A stretch of DNA of 64,000 nt from an uncultured delta proteobacterium. Lineage in GTDB: Bacteria > Myxococcota > Myxococcia > Myxococcales > Myxococcaceae. Within the stretch, counting starts at the first letter, position 1; each line of letters starts with the position of its first letter. Positions 8,387-49,100 of the stretch are shown piece after piece. The position numbers and the translations under genes were made by a program. The notes below the pieces were generated by a model, which did not search any database, was not told where the DNA came from, and saw only the letters and a program-made list of their open reading frames with translations. Location: assembly GCA_963771175.1 (NCBI GenBank), contig CAVYSY010000039.1:32001-96000 (forward strand), read 5' to 3'.

Positions 8387-11300
8387 TCACCTCGTCTCGG
8401 GTGCCTTGAGGAAGCCGCGGCGCACGAGAGCTGAGAGGTAGGTCGAAATCAAGGTGGTGTCCACCGGCGGGCAGGACGCCCCCGTTCCTCCCAAGGCCCG
8501 CCGCGTGTGGCCACAGTCGCAGACCACCATCCGTGGCCCTCCGACGCTCCGGTCCTCGGGCGGGACCTGCTGGAGGAACATGAGCAGATCTCCCAGCTCG
8601 CTGTCGGACGCGGCATCCGAGGCCAGCTGGGCGAGCCATTCGTCATAGGGGAGGACGCGCAACCCGTAGCCAAAGGCCCGCATGAGGCTCCACATCTCAT
8701 CGGCGCGCACGAGCCGCGGATTGACGAGGTGATAGGTCTGGCCGATCGACTCCGGGCGCAGGGAGAGCTCAACGATGGCACTGCTGACGTAATCGACGGG
8801 CGTCAGGTCGAGCAGGGCATTGACGCTTGGAGCCATCCCCATCCGGACGCACCCCTTGAGGGTCCGGCACACCAGATCGTCCGTGTTCCAGGCACCCGTC
8901 TGGCTGTGGCCGGTCACCCTCCCCGGTCGGAGGATGGTGACCGGGAGCCCACGCCGTGAGGCCTCCCTCACGAGCTTCTCGGCGACCCACTTGCTCTGTG
9001 CATAGCCTCCCACCAGGTTCGTGGGCCCATCCAGAGGCTCATCCTCCCGGATCGGATCCTCGCGTCCCAGGGGCAACACCGAGACCGTCGAGACGTAGTG
9101 CAGCGGCTTGACGCGTGTCCGTGTCGCGAGCCGGAGGATCTCCCGCGTGCCGAGCACGTTGGCCGCCCGGAGTGACTCGTAGGGGTAGAGGAAATTGACG
9201 AGCGCACCGTTGTGATAGATGGCGTCAACCTCCTCCGAGAGCCGCTGGAACTCCGTCTCCGAGAGCCCCAGCAGGGGCTGGCTGATATCCCCTCGGACAG
9301 GGACGATGCGAGACGCCAGGGCCTCGCTCCACAGCGAATAGCTCTCCAGGTTCTTGCGAATCCGGTGCAGCCCCTCCTGCTCCGTCGCGGCGCGCACCAG
9401 GCAATAGATGCGCGCATCCGTCTTGCGGCAGAGCTCCTCCAGAAGGAAGGCGCCGAGGAAGCCGGTGGCGCCCGTCAGCAGGAGGGTGCGCGCGGCCCCC
9501 GACACCGGCGGTCGCACCCCTCGCGGATCGATCCCCGCATCGAGCACGGCATCCGCTTCCAACTCCGCCGTCACATCGTGGGTTGGCAGTGAACCCGTCC
9601 TCACGGCCTCGATGGCCCGCGCCATCTCCTCCAGGGTCGGCGCCCGCAGCAGGGCACGCAGCGGGATGTCCGCGCCGGACGCCGAGCGGGCGAGGACGAG
9701 CACCCGGTAGAGCAGGATCGAGTGCCCTCCGAGCTCGAAGAAGTTGTCGTGGACGCCGATCTGCTCCACTCCCAGGACCTGGCGCCAGATGGCGGCCACG
9801 GCCTCTTCCCCGGGGGTCCGCGGCGCGACGTGCTCTTTCGCCGACCCCGAGCGCAGGTGCTCCGGTGCCGGGAGCGCGGCGCGATCCACCTTGCCGTTCG
9901 GAGTGAGCGGCATCGCGTCGAGGCTCACGAACGAAAAGGGGACCATGTACTCGGGCAGCCTGGACTTCAGGTAGTCACGCAGCTCGTCCGGAGTCGGGCG
10001 CCTTCTCGCCACGCGCGACCACGTAGGCGACAAGCTTCTTGTCCTCCCCCGATTCCCGCACCACCACCACGGCCTCTCGGACCCCCGGGTGCTCCATCAG
10101 CACCGCGGCGATCTCCCCGAGCTCGATGCGGAAGCCACGGAGCTTCACCTGGTGATCCATCCGGCCCAGGTACTCGAGCTGCCCGTCCGGGAGCCACCGC
10201 GCCAGGTCACCCGTCCTGTACAGGCGGGCCTCGGGGTCCCCACCGAAGGGGGAGTGGACGAACCTCTCCGCCGTGAGGTCCGGTCGGCCCAGGTACCCGC
10301 GCGCGACGCCGCTGCCGCCGATGTAGACCTCGCCCGGCACGCCGATGGGCATGGGCTCCCTGTTCGGATCCAACACGTACACCTGGGTGTTCCCGATGGG
10401 GTGCCCGATGGTCGGCGTCTGCCCGCGACCCACCCGGGTGAACGTCGAGTAGGTCGTGGTCTCGCTCGGACCATAGAGGTTGAGCACCTCTCGCACATGG
10501 TCGAGCTGATAGATCTGCTCGACCAGCGCACCCGCGAGTGCTTCACCTGCCAGGTTCACGATCGACACCGAGGACGGCACGGCGCCCGCTCGCAGGAGCG
10601 CGCCCATGGCCGAGGGCACGGTGTTGATGAGCGTCACTTCCCGGGCCGCGGGCAGCTCCGGCAGCTCCAGCGCGTTCTTCGCGACGATCACCTTCGCGCC
10701 ACAGCACAGAGGCGTGAAGATCTCGAAGACCGACAGGTCGAAGCAGATCGACGTCGAGGCCAGTGTCCCCGCCAGCTGTGCTCGGAGAGAAGACGCGCAT
10801 GGCCCACATCAGGAAGGCCACGGCGTTGCGGTGCTCGATCATGACGCCCTTGGGCTTGCCGGTGGAGCCCGAGGTGTAGATGAGATAGGCGAGCGCCTCC
10901 GGTGCCGTGGTGCGCTCGGGGTTCTCGTCCCTCTCGGCGCCGATGGCTGGCCAGTCCGTGTCCAGGCACACCACACGCGCCTGGGTGGAGGGGAGCTCCG
11001 GGACGAGGCGCTGCTGCGTGAGCAGCACCGGCACCTGGGCATCCTCGAGGATCAGCGCCAGCCGCTCCTTCGGGTAGGCGGGATCCAACGGGACATAGGC
11101 CCCCCCAGCCTTGAGGATGGCCAGCAGTCCGATGACGACGTCTTCCGTGCGCTCGACGCAGAGGCCGACGCGCACCTCGGGCCCTACGCCGAGCCGCCGC
11201 AGATGATGGGCGAGCTGATTCGCCCGGCGATTGAGCTCGGCGTAGGTGAGGGTCCGTTGCCCGCTCACCACGGCCACCGCCTGGGGGGTCCGCTCCACCT

Positions 11301-12929
11301 GGGCCTGCACGAGCTCGTGCATGCACACCGCCGGCACGTCGATCGCCGGACCGTTCCACTCGACGAGGAGCGTCCCTCGCTCTTCCGCCGTCAACAGCGG
11401 CAGCTTCGATAGCGGAACCTCGGGGTGGGCCACGATGGACTCGAGCAGCACCTGGAAGTGCCCCACCATCCGCGCCGCCGTCGAGGCGTCGAAGACCTCC
11501 TTCGAGTACTCGAGCATGCCGGCCAGGCCCTTCTCTCCCGAGGCCATGATCAGCGAGAGCTCGAACTTGGCCGTCCCCTCCACGCTGCCATCCGGGGCTC
11601 CATTCAGGAATGACCAACTCGTCCCCGGCAGCTCGAGGGCCGGCGCCGGAATGTTCTCCAGGGTGAAGCAGGCACTCACCAGCGGGTTGAGCCCACCATC
11701 GCGTGGCGCGCCGACCGACTGCACCACCTCGCTGAACGGCAACGCCTGGTGGTCCAGCGCCTCGAGCACCGCCTTGCGGGCACGCGCCAGCCATTGCACG
11801 AAGGTCGGCCCGCCCGACAGATCACACCGGAGCACGAGGGTGTTGGCGACGAAGCCGATGAGATCCCGCGGCACGCTCCCCCGGTTGGCGATCACCGTCC
11901 CCACACCGAAGTCGAGCTGTCCGGAGTAACGGTGCAGGAGTGCCGAGAACGCGGAGAAGAGCACCATGAACAGGCTGCATCCCTCCCGGCTGGCGAGCTC
12001 CCGCAGGGCCTCGCTGAGCGCTGGCGACAAGGAGAGGGGAACGGTGGCACCGCGATGGCTCGTGGAGGTGGAGGCCGCATGATCCACGGGGAGCTGGAGC
12101 GGAGGCAGACCCGTGAGCTTCTCCTTCCAGTACGTGCGCTCACGGGCTCCCGACTCTCCGGCCAACCACGCACGCTCGCGCAAGGCCGCGTCGGCGAACT
12201 GCATCGACACGGGCGGCAACGCGGCCGTCTCCCTCCTGACGAAGCCCGCGTAGAGCGCCGACAACTCCCGGACGAAGACGCCGAGTGACCAGCCATCCGT
12301 GATGATGTGGTGCTTCGTCACGAAGAGGGCGAAGTCGTCGGCCCCCAGTGCCACGAGCGTGACACGCAGGAGCGGACCCTTCGCCAGATCGAAGGGATGC
12401 CGGGCCAGCTCGTCCGAGCGCCGCAGGAGCGCCTCCTCGCGCTCCTGCTCCGTGAGCCCCGGCAGGTCCTCGAGCTTCAGCTCCACACCGGTTTCGGGAG
12501 ACGCGACGACCTGCCGGGGACTCCCCTCCACCTCGGGGAACCGCGTCCGGAGCACCTCGTGCCGCCGGACGAGCTCGTCCAGGCTCCGGCGCAGGGCCTT
12601 GCTGTCGAGCGCGCCGCGCACGCGGATGCCGAGATGGACGTTGTACTGCGGCGTGCCGGGCGAGAGGCGATCGAGGAACCAGAGCCGCTCCTGCCCGCTG
12701 GACAACGGGATGACCTCTGGCCTCGCGGGGGCCCGTCCCGGCTCTCTCCCCGCATCCTCCCGAGAGGAATGCTTGCTCAGGAACGCCAGGATGTCTCCCT
12801 TGCTCGCCGACAGCTCGGCGCGCAACTCCGGGGTGAGGACGGCCTTGCCCGCCTCGACCAGGAGCTTGTCTCCGTCGACACGCAGGCGCACCCCCTTGGC
12901 CGCGAGGGTGCCCAACAACTCACGTACAC

Positions 12930-12933
<4 letters not shown>
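8387..12933 (-). CDS. mxaA: Terminal NRPS: docking domain-C-A(Ala)-PCP-thioester reductase (MxaA-like); two frameshifts
   Basis: C domain HHIITDGWS; A cores YTSGSTGKPKG, NLYGPSETT, LYRTGDL, PNGKVDR; specificity code read by eye DLFNNALTYK (Ala); PCP FFELGGHS; R domain TGATGFLG and YAQSK. Split across ORFs 10543-12933, 9975-10691 and 8387-10033 by indels near 10780 and 9990. Confidence 0.88.
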
Positions 12934-34968
<22,035 letters not shown>

Positions 34969-34969
34969 G

Positions 34970-40555
<5,586 letters not shown>

Positions 40556-40571
40556 CGCTGTCGTGCCCGAT

Positions 40572-43500
40572 TCAGCTCAGCTTCTGTGCAATCAACCGCT
40601 CGACCTCTTCGTCGGACAGCTCCGTCACCTGCGACAGGCGCTCGGCGAGATCGCCGATCTCCGCCTGCGCGGCCCGCGGCCGTGACTCCTGATCCGCCGC
40701 CGCGGTGGGCAGTGGGATCTCCACCGCGGTGACACTCCCGGCCAGACGCTTCGCCAGCGCGAGGACCGTGGGGTGATCGAACGCGAGGCTCGCGGGCAGC
40801 TCCTTGTCGAGCCCCCGCTGCAGCGCGTTGCGCAGTTCCACGGACATCAGCGAGGTCATGCCCATCTGGAAGAAACCCCGCTCCATGGGCGGCAGCTCGG
40901 AGGAAGGGAACCCGAGGATCCGCCCCACCTCACCCTGGATGCGCTGCACCAGCGTGTCGAAGCGGCGGGCCGGCGGCAGCGACTCGAGCTCCGTGAGCCA
41001 CCGCGCCCGCGAGGACGTCGCGCCCGGCGTTGGCGAGGACTCGCCCACCTGCCGCAGGAAGGGCCGGCGCCGCCGTGCCTCCCAGATCGGCTTCAACGCC
41101 GACCAGTTCACGGACGCGACGGTCTTGTGGCTCACCCCCGCCCGCAGCACCTGGCCCATCGCCTCGAGCGCCCGCTCCGACGACATGGGATTCATTCCGA
41201 AACGCGCGAAGTCCCGCTCGCCCTCGGCACGCTCCCCGCCAATCTCATCCCACGTCCCCCAGTGGATGGTGGTGGCGGGCAGCCCCATGGCCCGGCGGTG
41301 GTGAGCGAGCGCCTCGAGGAACTGGTTCCCCGCGGCGTAGTGCGCCAGACCCGAGGCGCCCCACAGGGTCGACGTCGACGAGAACATCACGAAGAAGTCG
41401 AGGCCGAGCTCGCGCGTCAGCTCGTGCAGCACCCAGGAGCCGAGCACCTTCGGGCGCAGCATCTTCGTCATCGTCGCGAGGTCCATGTCCTCCAGGCGGC
41501 ACTCCGTCAGGAGCGCGGCGGCGTGGATTACCCCTCGCAACGGGGGGAGCGTCGCGGCCGTCTCGCGCAGGAGCTCCGCCATCCTCGCGCGATCCGCCAC
41601 GTCGGCGGCCAGCGTGGTGACGGACGCACCGAGCGCGCGGAGCGACTCGAGTCCCTCGCGGCGCCGCGCCGAAGCCTCATCCCCCACGTTGGAGACGCCA
41701 CTCCGGCCCAGCAGCACGAGGTGCCGCGCGCCCCGCTCCACCAGCCACCGCGCCACCTTCAGGCCCAGCCCTCCCAACCCGCCGGTGACGAGGTAGGCCG
41801 CGTCCGAGCGCAGGCGCAGCGGCTCCGCCGGCGCATTCACACGCCCCCGGACGATACGGGGCACGAGCGGGCGCTTCTCGCGGAACGCGATCTGATCCTC
41901 ACCATCCCCGCCGGACGCGGAGATCTCACGGAGCACCGCGGAGCTCTCATCGGGAACACCACTCGGATCCAGGTCGATGAGGCCTCCCCACACGTCCGGC
42001 TGCTCGAGGGACACGCCCCGACCCAGGCCCCAGAGCGGCGCCTGCGCCAACGACACGCGCTCGGCCCCCGAGCCGGTGACCTGGGCACCCCGGGTCACCA
42101 CCCAGAGCCGCGCACGCCCGGGTAGGCCCATGAGGGCCTTCACCAGATGCAGCACGGACACGGAGGACTCCGGCGTGCCCCCCTGCTCGTCGAGCACCGC
42201 ATCGAGGCCCCACAGGTAGACGGCACGGCCCTCGTGCCCCGGCGGCAGTGCCGGCAACTCACGCAGCAGGCGCTCCATGTCCTCGGGCCGCTTCGGGTTC
42301 ACCACGAAGCGCCGCGCGTCCAGCCGCTGGAAGGACTCCCCCTCCATCACGGTGACGCACGGGTGACCCTGACGGCCAATCGCCTCCACGAGCGCCGTGC
42401 CCCACCCTCCCCGATCGAGGAACACGATCCAATCCGCGGGCCCCGGCTGGGCCGCTCCAACGGGCCTGGCCTCCCATGTCACGTCATGGAACCAGTCCTG
42501 CGAACGAGCCTCGCCCAGCACATCGAGGAGCCGCTCGGCCGCGACACGACGCAGTCGCACACCCCGCGCCACGGCCACCCCGCGGCCCTCCCCATCCAGC
42601 AACTCCAGCGTGCCCACCCGCTCCTCCGGGCTGGCGGCGGGCGCGATCGACACGTGGGCCCACTTCACGTCGGCACGGCCCGGAACGCACTCGATCGCCT
42701 CGATGCTCAGGGGCATGAACAGCGCGGCCCCCTCCGCCTCCGCCGCGATCGCGAGCGCCAGGGTCTGCAGCCCCGCGTCCAGCAGGGCCGGGTGGAGCTG
42801 GTAGCGCGCCGACTCCTGGACGAGCTCCGGCCCGAGCGCGACGCGCCCGAGCGCCTCGCCCGGCCGCCTCCAGACCTCGCCGAGCGTCCGCAACGGAGCC
42901 TCGTACTGCACGTTGCGGCGTTCGAGCTCCTCGTAGATGGCCGGACCCGACACCTGCTGCGCGCAACGCGAGCGCACCGCATCGATGACCACCGAGGTGC
43001 CCGAAAGCGCACCCATGGTCCGCAACTGGCCTCGGCAGTGCCTCACCCACCCCGCCTCGCGCGCCGCTCCACCCGCCGCTCGGCTGTAGATGTGGAACAC
43101 GTGCCCTCCACCGGAGGCCGGCGAGACGTGCACCTGCACCACGCGCCGCTCCGCCTCCGGCAACACCAGCGCGCGCTCGAACTCCACGTCCGAAAGCTCG
43201 CGAGGCCCAGTCCCCAGGGCCTCGGCCGCGGCGCTCAGCCCGAGCTCGACCAGGGCCGAGGCCGGAACCACCGCGATGCCTCCCAACCGGTGCGCGCCGA
43301 GCCACGGTAGCGAGGTACTGCTCAGCTCCAGCTCGAAGATCTCACCATCGAGCCCATGCGCCACGCTCACCGGCCGGCCACGCAGGGACGTCACAGGCTC
43401 GGCGGCGGGAAGCACGGGCGACACCGTCCCGTCGATCCAGAACCGCTTGTGCTGCCAGGGATACGTCGGCAGCGGCACCATGCGCCCGCCCTCCGGGAAG

Positions 43501-46157
43501 AGCCGGGTCCACTCCACGGGCCAGGCCGCGCGGTACAGCGCGCCGAAGGACTCCAGCATCACCGCCCGCTCGGACTCCTCGCGTCGCAGGGACGGGAGCG
43601 TCATGCCCTCGCTGCCCGCGTGCTGCATGCACCGCTCGACGGCGGGCAGCAGGATCGGGTGCGGGCTGATCTCCATGAAGACCGTGTGCCCGCCCTGGAT
43701 GAGCTCGAGCACGGCCGGGGAGAACAGCACCGGATCGCGCAGGTTGCGAACCCAGTACGCGGCATCGAAGCCGGAGCCGTCACAGGCGGATGCGGTCACG
43801 GTCGAGACGATCGGCACGGAGGAGGAGCGCGGCCGCACCGAGGAGAGCGCGGCGAGCAGATCGCCGCGCAGCGGATCGACCTGCGGGCTATGCGATGCCA
43901 CGTCGACCTTCACCCACCGGCAGAACACATTGCGGGCCTCGAGCGAGCCACGGATCTCCTCGAGCGCCGCGGCATCTCCGGACAGCACCGTCGAGGTCGG
44001 GCTGTTGCTCACCGCGATCGCGACACGCTCCTCGCGCCCCACGAGGGCCTTCTTCGCCTCCGCCAGGGACAGCTCCGTCGCCAGCATCGCGCCCTGGCCA
44101 CTGATGCGCCTGAGCAGCTGGCTCCTGAGGCAGATGATGGCCGCCGCATCCTCCAGGCTGAGCGCGCCCGCCACGTGCGCCGCGGCCACCTCGCCCATGC
44201 TGTGTCCCACCACCGCGTCGGGCTCGATCCCCCAGGAGCGCCAGAGCGCCGAGAGCGCCACGGCCATGGCGAACAGGACCGGCTGCACGACGTCGATCTC
44301 CTGGAACCGCGACGACTCGGACGGTGCCCGGAGCACGTCGAGCAGCCGCCACGTCACGTGGGGCCGCATGGCCTCGTCGATGCGCTCGAGGGCCTCGCGG
44401 AAGACCGGCTCCTGCTCGAGGAGCTGCCGCCCCATGCCGGGCCACTGCGAGCCCTGGCCCGGGAACACGAAGACCACCTTGCGCCGCTCGTCCGCGCCCT
44501 TCCGGGCCGGAGCGGGCCCTCCGGCGGCGAGCTCCCGGAGCTTCTCGGCGACGACGGCCGGGGACTCTCCCGCGACGGCCAGGCGGTACTCATGGTGCGT
44601 CCGCCGAAGCGCCGCCGTGTAGCAGACCTCCCGGAGCGACACTTCCGGCGACGACACGAGGTGCTCCGCGTACTTCAGGGCCAGCTCCTGGAGCGCGGAG
44701 GGAGAGCGTGCCGACAGTGGAAGCAGGTGCACACCGGGCGCGTGGGCGACCGGCGCCGCCTGAGCCGCGGGCGGCTCCTCGAGAATCACATGCGCGTTCG
44801 TCCCACTGATACCGAACGAGCTGACCGCGCCACGGCGCTTCCTGTCCTCCCGCGCCGGCCAGGCGTGAAGTGCCGTCGGGAGGGTGATGGGCGCGCCTCC
44901 GAGATCGATCCGCGGGTTGAGCCGCTGGAAATGCGCGAGCGGGGGAACGGCCTGGTTCCTCAGGGAGAGGACCATCTTGATGATGCCCGCGATTCCCGCG
45001 GCCGACTCGAGGTGGCCGATGTTGGTCTTCGCCGCGCCCACGACGAGCGGTTGCTGTTCGGAGCGCCCGCTGCCGTAGACCTCCTGGAGCGCCTCCATCT
45101 CGATGGGGTCCCCCAGCGAGGTCCCGGTCCCATGCGCCTCGATACAGTCGATATCCGAGGGCTCGAGGTCCGCGCTCCGCAGCGCCTGACGAATGAGTGC
45201 CTTCTGGGCGAGCACGTTGGGCGCGGTCAGCCCCGCCGACTTGCCGTCCTGGTTGACGGCCGAGCCCCGCACGAGCGCGAGGATGGGGTCCCCCGCCGCG
45301 AGCGCGTCGGACAGGCGCTTGAGGACGACGACGCCGCAGCCCTCACCGCGCACGAAGCCGTTGGCGCGCGCATCGAAGGTCTTGCAACGCCCATCCGGCG
45401 CGAGCGCCTGGGCCCGCGACACCCTGCTCGAGGAGTGCGGCGAGAGGATGAGATTGACGCCGCACGCCAGCGCCATCGAGCACTCCTGGTTGCGAAGGCT
45501 CTGGGAGGCCAGGTGCAGCGCCACCAGCGAGGACGAGCACGCGGTGTCCACGACCAGGCAGGGCCCCTGGAAGTCCAGGAGGTACGACAGGCGCCCCGAC
45601 ACCACGCAGTTGAGCGTCCCCGTCACGCTGCTCGCGTCCCGGGCGGAGGGATTGCCCATCTGCAGCAGCGCGTAGTCATCGCTGTACAGCCCCACGAACA
45701 CGCCAGTGCGGCTGCCCGCGAGCCGCGTCATGTCCTGCCCGGCGCGCTCCAGCGCCTCCCACGCCACCTCGAGCAGGATGCGCTGCTGCGGATCCATCCG
45801 GTGCGCCTCGCGCGGCGAGATCCCGAAGAAGTCCGCGTCGAACCGGTCCACCTGGTCGATGAAGGCCCCCCACCGCGCCCCCAGCTTCTCCAGTGCCTCG
45901 GGGTCCAGCCGCGCCATCTCCTCACGGGTCCATCGCGAGGAAGGCACCTCGGTGACGGCATCCACGCCGTTGCACAGGAGGTTCCAGTACGACTCCGGAT
46001 CGGTCCCACCGCCGGGGAAGCGACACCCCATCCCGATGATCGCCACCGGCTCCGAGCGCGCGCCCTCCGCCGCGTCGAGCCGGGACTTGAGATCCATCGC
46101 GAGGAGCGCCAACCGCTTCGGGGAGTACTGCGCGATCTTTTCGGCGAAGCTCGTCAT
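40572..46157 (-). CDS. mxaE: PKS module 2: KS-AT(methylmalonyl)-DH-like-KR(A-type)-ACP (MxaE-like)
   Basis: Intact 1861 aa; DTACSSS, GHSMG/VASHS; KR lacks LDD and has Trp ([14 protein letters not shown]); ACP GMTSL. Confidence 0.9.
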   Translation of the reverse strand: MTSFAEKIAQYSPKRLALLAMDLKSRLDAAEGARSEPVAIIGMGCRFPGGGTDPESYWNLLCNGVDAVTEVPSSRWTREEMARLDPEALEKLGARWGAFIDQVDRFDADFFGISPREAHRMDPQQRILLEVAWEALERAGQDMTRLAGSRTGVFVGLYSDDYALLQMGNPSARDASSVTGTLNCVVSGRLSYLLDFQGPCLVVDTACSSSLVALHLASQSLRNQECSMALACGVNLILSPHSSSRVSRAQALAPDGRCKTFDARANGFVRGEGCGVVVLKRLSDALAAGDPILALVRGSAVNQDGKSAGLTAPNVLAQKALIRQALRSADLEPSDIDCIEAHGTGTSLGDPIEMEALQEVYGSGRSEQQPLVVGAAKTNIGHLESAAGIAGIIKMVLSLRNQAVPPLAHFQRLNPRIDLGGAPITLPTALHAWPAREDRKRRGAVSSFGISGTNAHVILEEPPAAQAAPVAHAPGVHLLPLSARSPSALQELALKYAEHLVSSPEVSLREVCYTAALRRTHHEYRLAVAGESPAVVAEKLRELAAGGPAPARKGADERRKVVFVFPGQGSQWPGMGRQLLEQEPVFREALERIDEAMRPHVTWRLLDVLRAPSESSRFQEIDVVQPVLFAMAVALSALWRSWGIEPDAVVGHSMGEVAAAHVAGALSLEDAAAIICLRSQLLRRISGQGAMLATELSLAEAKKALVGREERVAIAVSNSPTSTVLSGDAAALEEIRGSLEARNVFCRWVKVDVASHSPQVDPLRGDLLAALSSVRPRSSSVPIVSTVTASACDGSGFDAAYWVRNLRDPVLFSPAVLELIQGGHTVFMEISPHPILLPAVERCMQHAGSEGMTLPSLRREESERAVMLESFGALYRAAWPVEWTRLFPEGGRMVPLPTYPWQHKRFWIDGTVSPVLPAAEPVTSLRGRPVSVAHGLDGEIFELELSSTSLPWLGAHRLGGIAVVPASALVELGLSAAAEALGTGPRELSDVEFERALVLPEAERRVVQVHVSPASGGGHVFHIYSRAAGGAAREAGWVRHCRGQLRTMGALSGTSVVIDAVRSRCAQQVSGPAIYEELERRNVQYEAPLRTLGEVWRRPGEALGRVALGPELVQESARYQLHPALLDAGLQTLALAIAAEAEGAALFMPLSIEAIECVPGRADVKWAHVSIAPAASPEERVGTLELLDGEGRGVAVARGVRLRRVAAERLLDVLGEARSQDWFHDVTWEARPVGAAQPGPADWIVFLDRGGWGTALVEAIGRQGHPCVTVMEGESFQRLDARRFVVNPKRPEDMERLLRELPALPPGHEGRAVYLWGLDAVLDEQGGTPESSVSVLHLVKALMGLPGRARLWVVTRGAQVTGSGAERVSLAQAPLWGLGRGVSLEQPDVWGGLIDLDPSGVPDESSAVLREISASGGDGEDQIAFREKRPLVPRIVRGRVNAPAEPLRLRSDAAYLVTGGLGGLGLKVARWLVERGARHLVLLGRSGVSNVGDEASARRREGLESLRALGASVTTLAADVADRARMAELLRETAATLPPLRGVIHAAALLTECRLEDMDLATMTKMLRPKVLGSWVLHELTRELGLDFFVMFSSTSTLWGASGLAHYAAGNQFLEALAHHRRAMGLPATTIHWGTWDEIGGERAEGERDFARFGMNPMSSERALEAMGQVLRAGVSHKTVASVNWSALKPIWEARRRRPFLRQVGESSPTPGATSSRARWLTELESLPPARRFDTLVQRIQGEVGRILGFPSSELPPMERGFFQMGMTSLMSVELRNALQRGLDKELPASLAFDHPTVLALAKRLAGSVTAVEIPLPTAAADQESRPRAAQAEIGDLAERLSQVTELSDEEVERLIAQKLS

Positions 46158-49100
46158 TTGCCCTGAGCCATCCTCTGAGCGAACAGTCGCTCGACTTCTT
46201 CTTCCGACATCTCGTCGATCTCACTGCCCGGCTCGGCGCTCGGCGGAGCCGGTGAAGGAGCCACCGCGGCCTGAGGCTCACTGCCCTTGTCCTCGAGCGG
46301 GAGCCCCAACTTCTCCGCCAGGAACGGAGTGAGCGCGGCAAGGGTCGGGTAGGTCCAGACCAGCGTCGCGCTGAGCTTCAGACCCAGCGCCGCCTCCAGG
46401 CGGTTGCGGATCTCCATGCTCATCAGCGAGTCGAGGCCAAGGCTCCCCAGCGGAGTGCGTGGCTCGATGCGCGCCGGCTCCATCCTCAGTACTCCGCCGA
46501 TCTGCTCGCGCAGGTGATGCTCGAGCAGGGCACGGCGCTCGGAGCCGCGGGCGGCTTCGAGCTGCTCGCGGATCCGGCTCCGCCCCAGCTCCACGGCGGG
46601 CTTGCCGGTCCGCTCCTGAGACAGACGCGTGAAGAAAGGCGACTGGGCCGCGGCCAGATAGAACCCCAGCCACTGCCTCGGCTCGAGCGCCATCACGCCC
46701 ACCTGCGGACGGCCCTGCCCCAGCAGCATACCGAGCGCCACGAGGGCCTTGTCTGGAGGCATCCCACGCAGGCCACGCGCCTCGAGGCGCTCTCCGCGGT
46801 TGGCCTGCGCCGCCGCGAGGCCGACGTTCGTCCAGGTGCCCCAGTTGATACTCAGCGCGGGCAGGCCCTCCGCCCTGCGGGCATGGGCCAGCGCATCCAT
46901 GAACGCGTTGGCCGCGGAGTAGTTCGCCTGACCCGGAGTGCCCAACAGGGAGGTCGCGCTGGAGAAGAGCACGAAGAGCTCCAGCGGCAGATGACGCGTC
47001 TGAGCGTGGAGGTTCCAGGTGCCCAGGACCTTGGGCGCCATCACTGAGGCGAAGCGCTCCTCCGTGAGGTTGACCAGCAGGCCGTCCTCGAGGAGGCCCG
47101 CCGCGTGGAAGACACCGCGCAGCGGCGGCATCGCTTCGTCCACCCGGGCCAGCGCTCGCGCCACGTCCCCTGGGAGCGCGACATCCGCCTGGAAGGGCTC
47201 CACGTGAGCGCCCGCCTGGCGCAGCTCCGCGAGCGTGCGCTCGGCCTCCGCCGATGGGGCGCGGCGCCCCAGCAGGAGCAGGTGACGCGCCCCATGGGTG
47301 ACGAGCCAGCGTGCCACCTCGAGGCCCAATCCGCCGAGCCCCCCCGTGATGAGGTAGGTGCCGTCGGCGCGGAGGAACGTCGCCGGCTCCCTGGCGACCA
47401 GCGCGTCCGCCGCCCGCGAGAGCCGCGCCACGAGCCGCGTGCCACCGCGCCATGCGACTTGATCCTCGAATGCCGTGGAAGACAGCTCCCGGAGCAGCGC
47501 GTTGGCGCACTCGTCCGCGCCTCCCTCGAGATCCACGCGTGTGCATCGCAGCTCGGGCTGCTCCAGGGCCAGCACCTGCCCCAGACCCCAGAGCGGAGCC
47601 TGTGCCACATTGACCCGCTCCGGCTCCTTGCCGACGGAGCGCGCGCCGCGCGTGGCCAGCCAGAGCCGGGGTGGATCTCTCCAACTGGTCTGGGAGAGCG
47701 CCTGCACCAGGTGCAGCACGCTGGTGATACTGAGCCGCCGCGCGGACTCCAGCGTCGACGGCGTGAGCGCGTCATTCGAGGCGCAATCGAGGCTCCACAG
47801 GTGCACCACTCCGCGGCAGGGTGGCGCCCCCGCCCCCAGTGCGTCCCCGAGCCGGTACGTCTCGCCCGGGGATACGAGCACGCAGGTCTCGCCACGCGCC
47901 CGCAGCAACGCGGACAGCCGCTGACCCACGCCACCGCTATCGCCGAGAATCAACCAACTCCCCGGTGAGCGCGCTGGCCACGGCAGCTCCGCCGGCAGCG
48001 ACTGCGACTCCCAGTCCACCTGGTAGGTCCACTCGCCGAGCTCCTTGCGTACCGCGGCGCCCGCCTCGAGCCGATAGACACGCAGCCCCTCGAGCTCCAT
48101 CAGCACGTGGCCCTGGTCATCCAGGAGCCGGATGTCGAAGGCGTGCTCCCGCTCGCTCGCGGACGCATCACCCAGGGCCTTCACCCACACCCAGGCCGCG
48201 CGCCCGGGCCGCTGGAAGAGCCGCATCCGCCCGAACCCCACCGGCACATGGGTCCCCACCGTTGCCGGTGCCGCTTCCGCCGGAGAGACCAGCTCCACCG
48301 CGACCTGAAGACAGGCATCCAGCAGCGAGGGATGGAGTCGATACGCCTCACTCCCGGAGGACACCTGCTCGGGGAGCTCCAGGCTAGCCAACCCCTCGCG
48401 CTCGCTCCGCCAGAGCTGTCGCAGCGACTGGAACGCGGGGCCGTACGCGAGGCCCTGCTCCTGCCTGCGCTGGTAATGCGCCTCGGAGGAGACCGCCACC
48501 TCCAGGCGCTCCCGCAGCAACTCGGGCGGCTCCGCGGTGAGCTCCAGGGCGGCGCCATCCTCCCGGCGCAGGCTCCCCGCCGCGTGCTTGCGCCACGTCT
48601 TGTCTCCCGCGGCACGGCTGGAGATCTGGAAGGAGGCCCGACCCGCGCCCTCCTCGCTCAGCACCACCTGCGCGAGCCGCTCCCCTTCCGGCTCGATCGC
48701 GAGCATCTCGCTGATCGACACGTTCTCGAGCACGAGCCCCGACTCACCCAGCACCTCCGCTCCGGCGGAGAGAGCCATCTCCACGTATCCCGCGCCCGGG
48801 AAGACGATCTCACCCCACACGCAGTGGTCGGAGAGGTACGGGAACGCTTCCGTGCTCACGGCCCGCTCCCAGAAGTGGGTGCCGGGCTGCACGGACGAGG
48901 AGAGCGAGCCTCCGAGAAGGGGATGCCCCGGACCGCCCTCACGCGCGGCGCTCACGTGCCGTGAAGCAGCCTCCGCCTCGTCCACGAGCCAATACCGCTC
49001 CCGCTGCCACGGGTACATGGGCAGCGCGACGACACGACCCCCCGAGGGGTGCAGCTTCTTCCAGTCGACGGAGCCACCCCGCGCGTACAGCGCCGCGAGT

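Noticed and set aside
9975..10790. Programmed ribosomal frameshifting or a genuinely split NRPS
   Set aside because: No slippery heptamer seen, the breaks fall inside the A domain, and similar indels occur throughout the window
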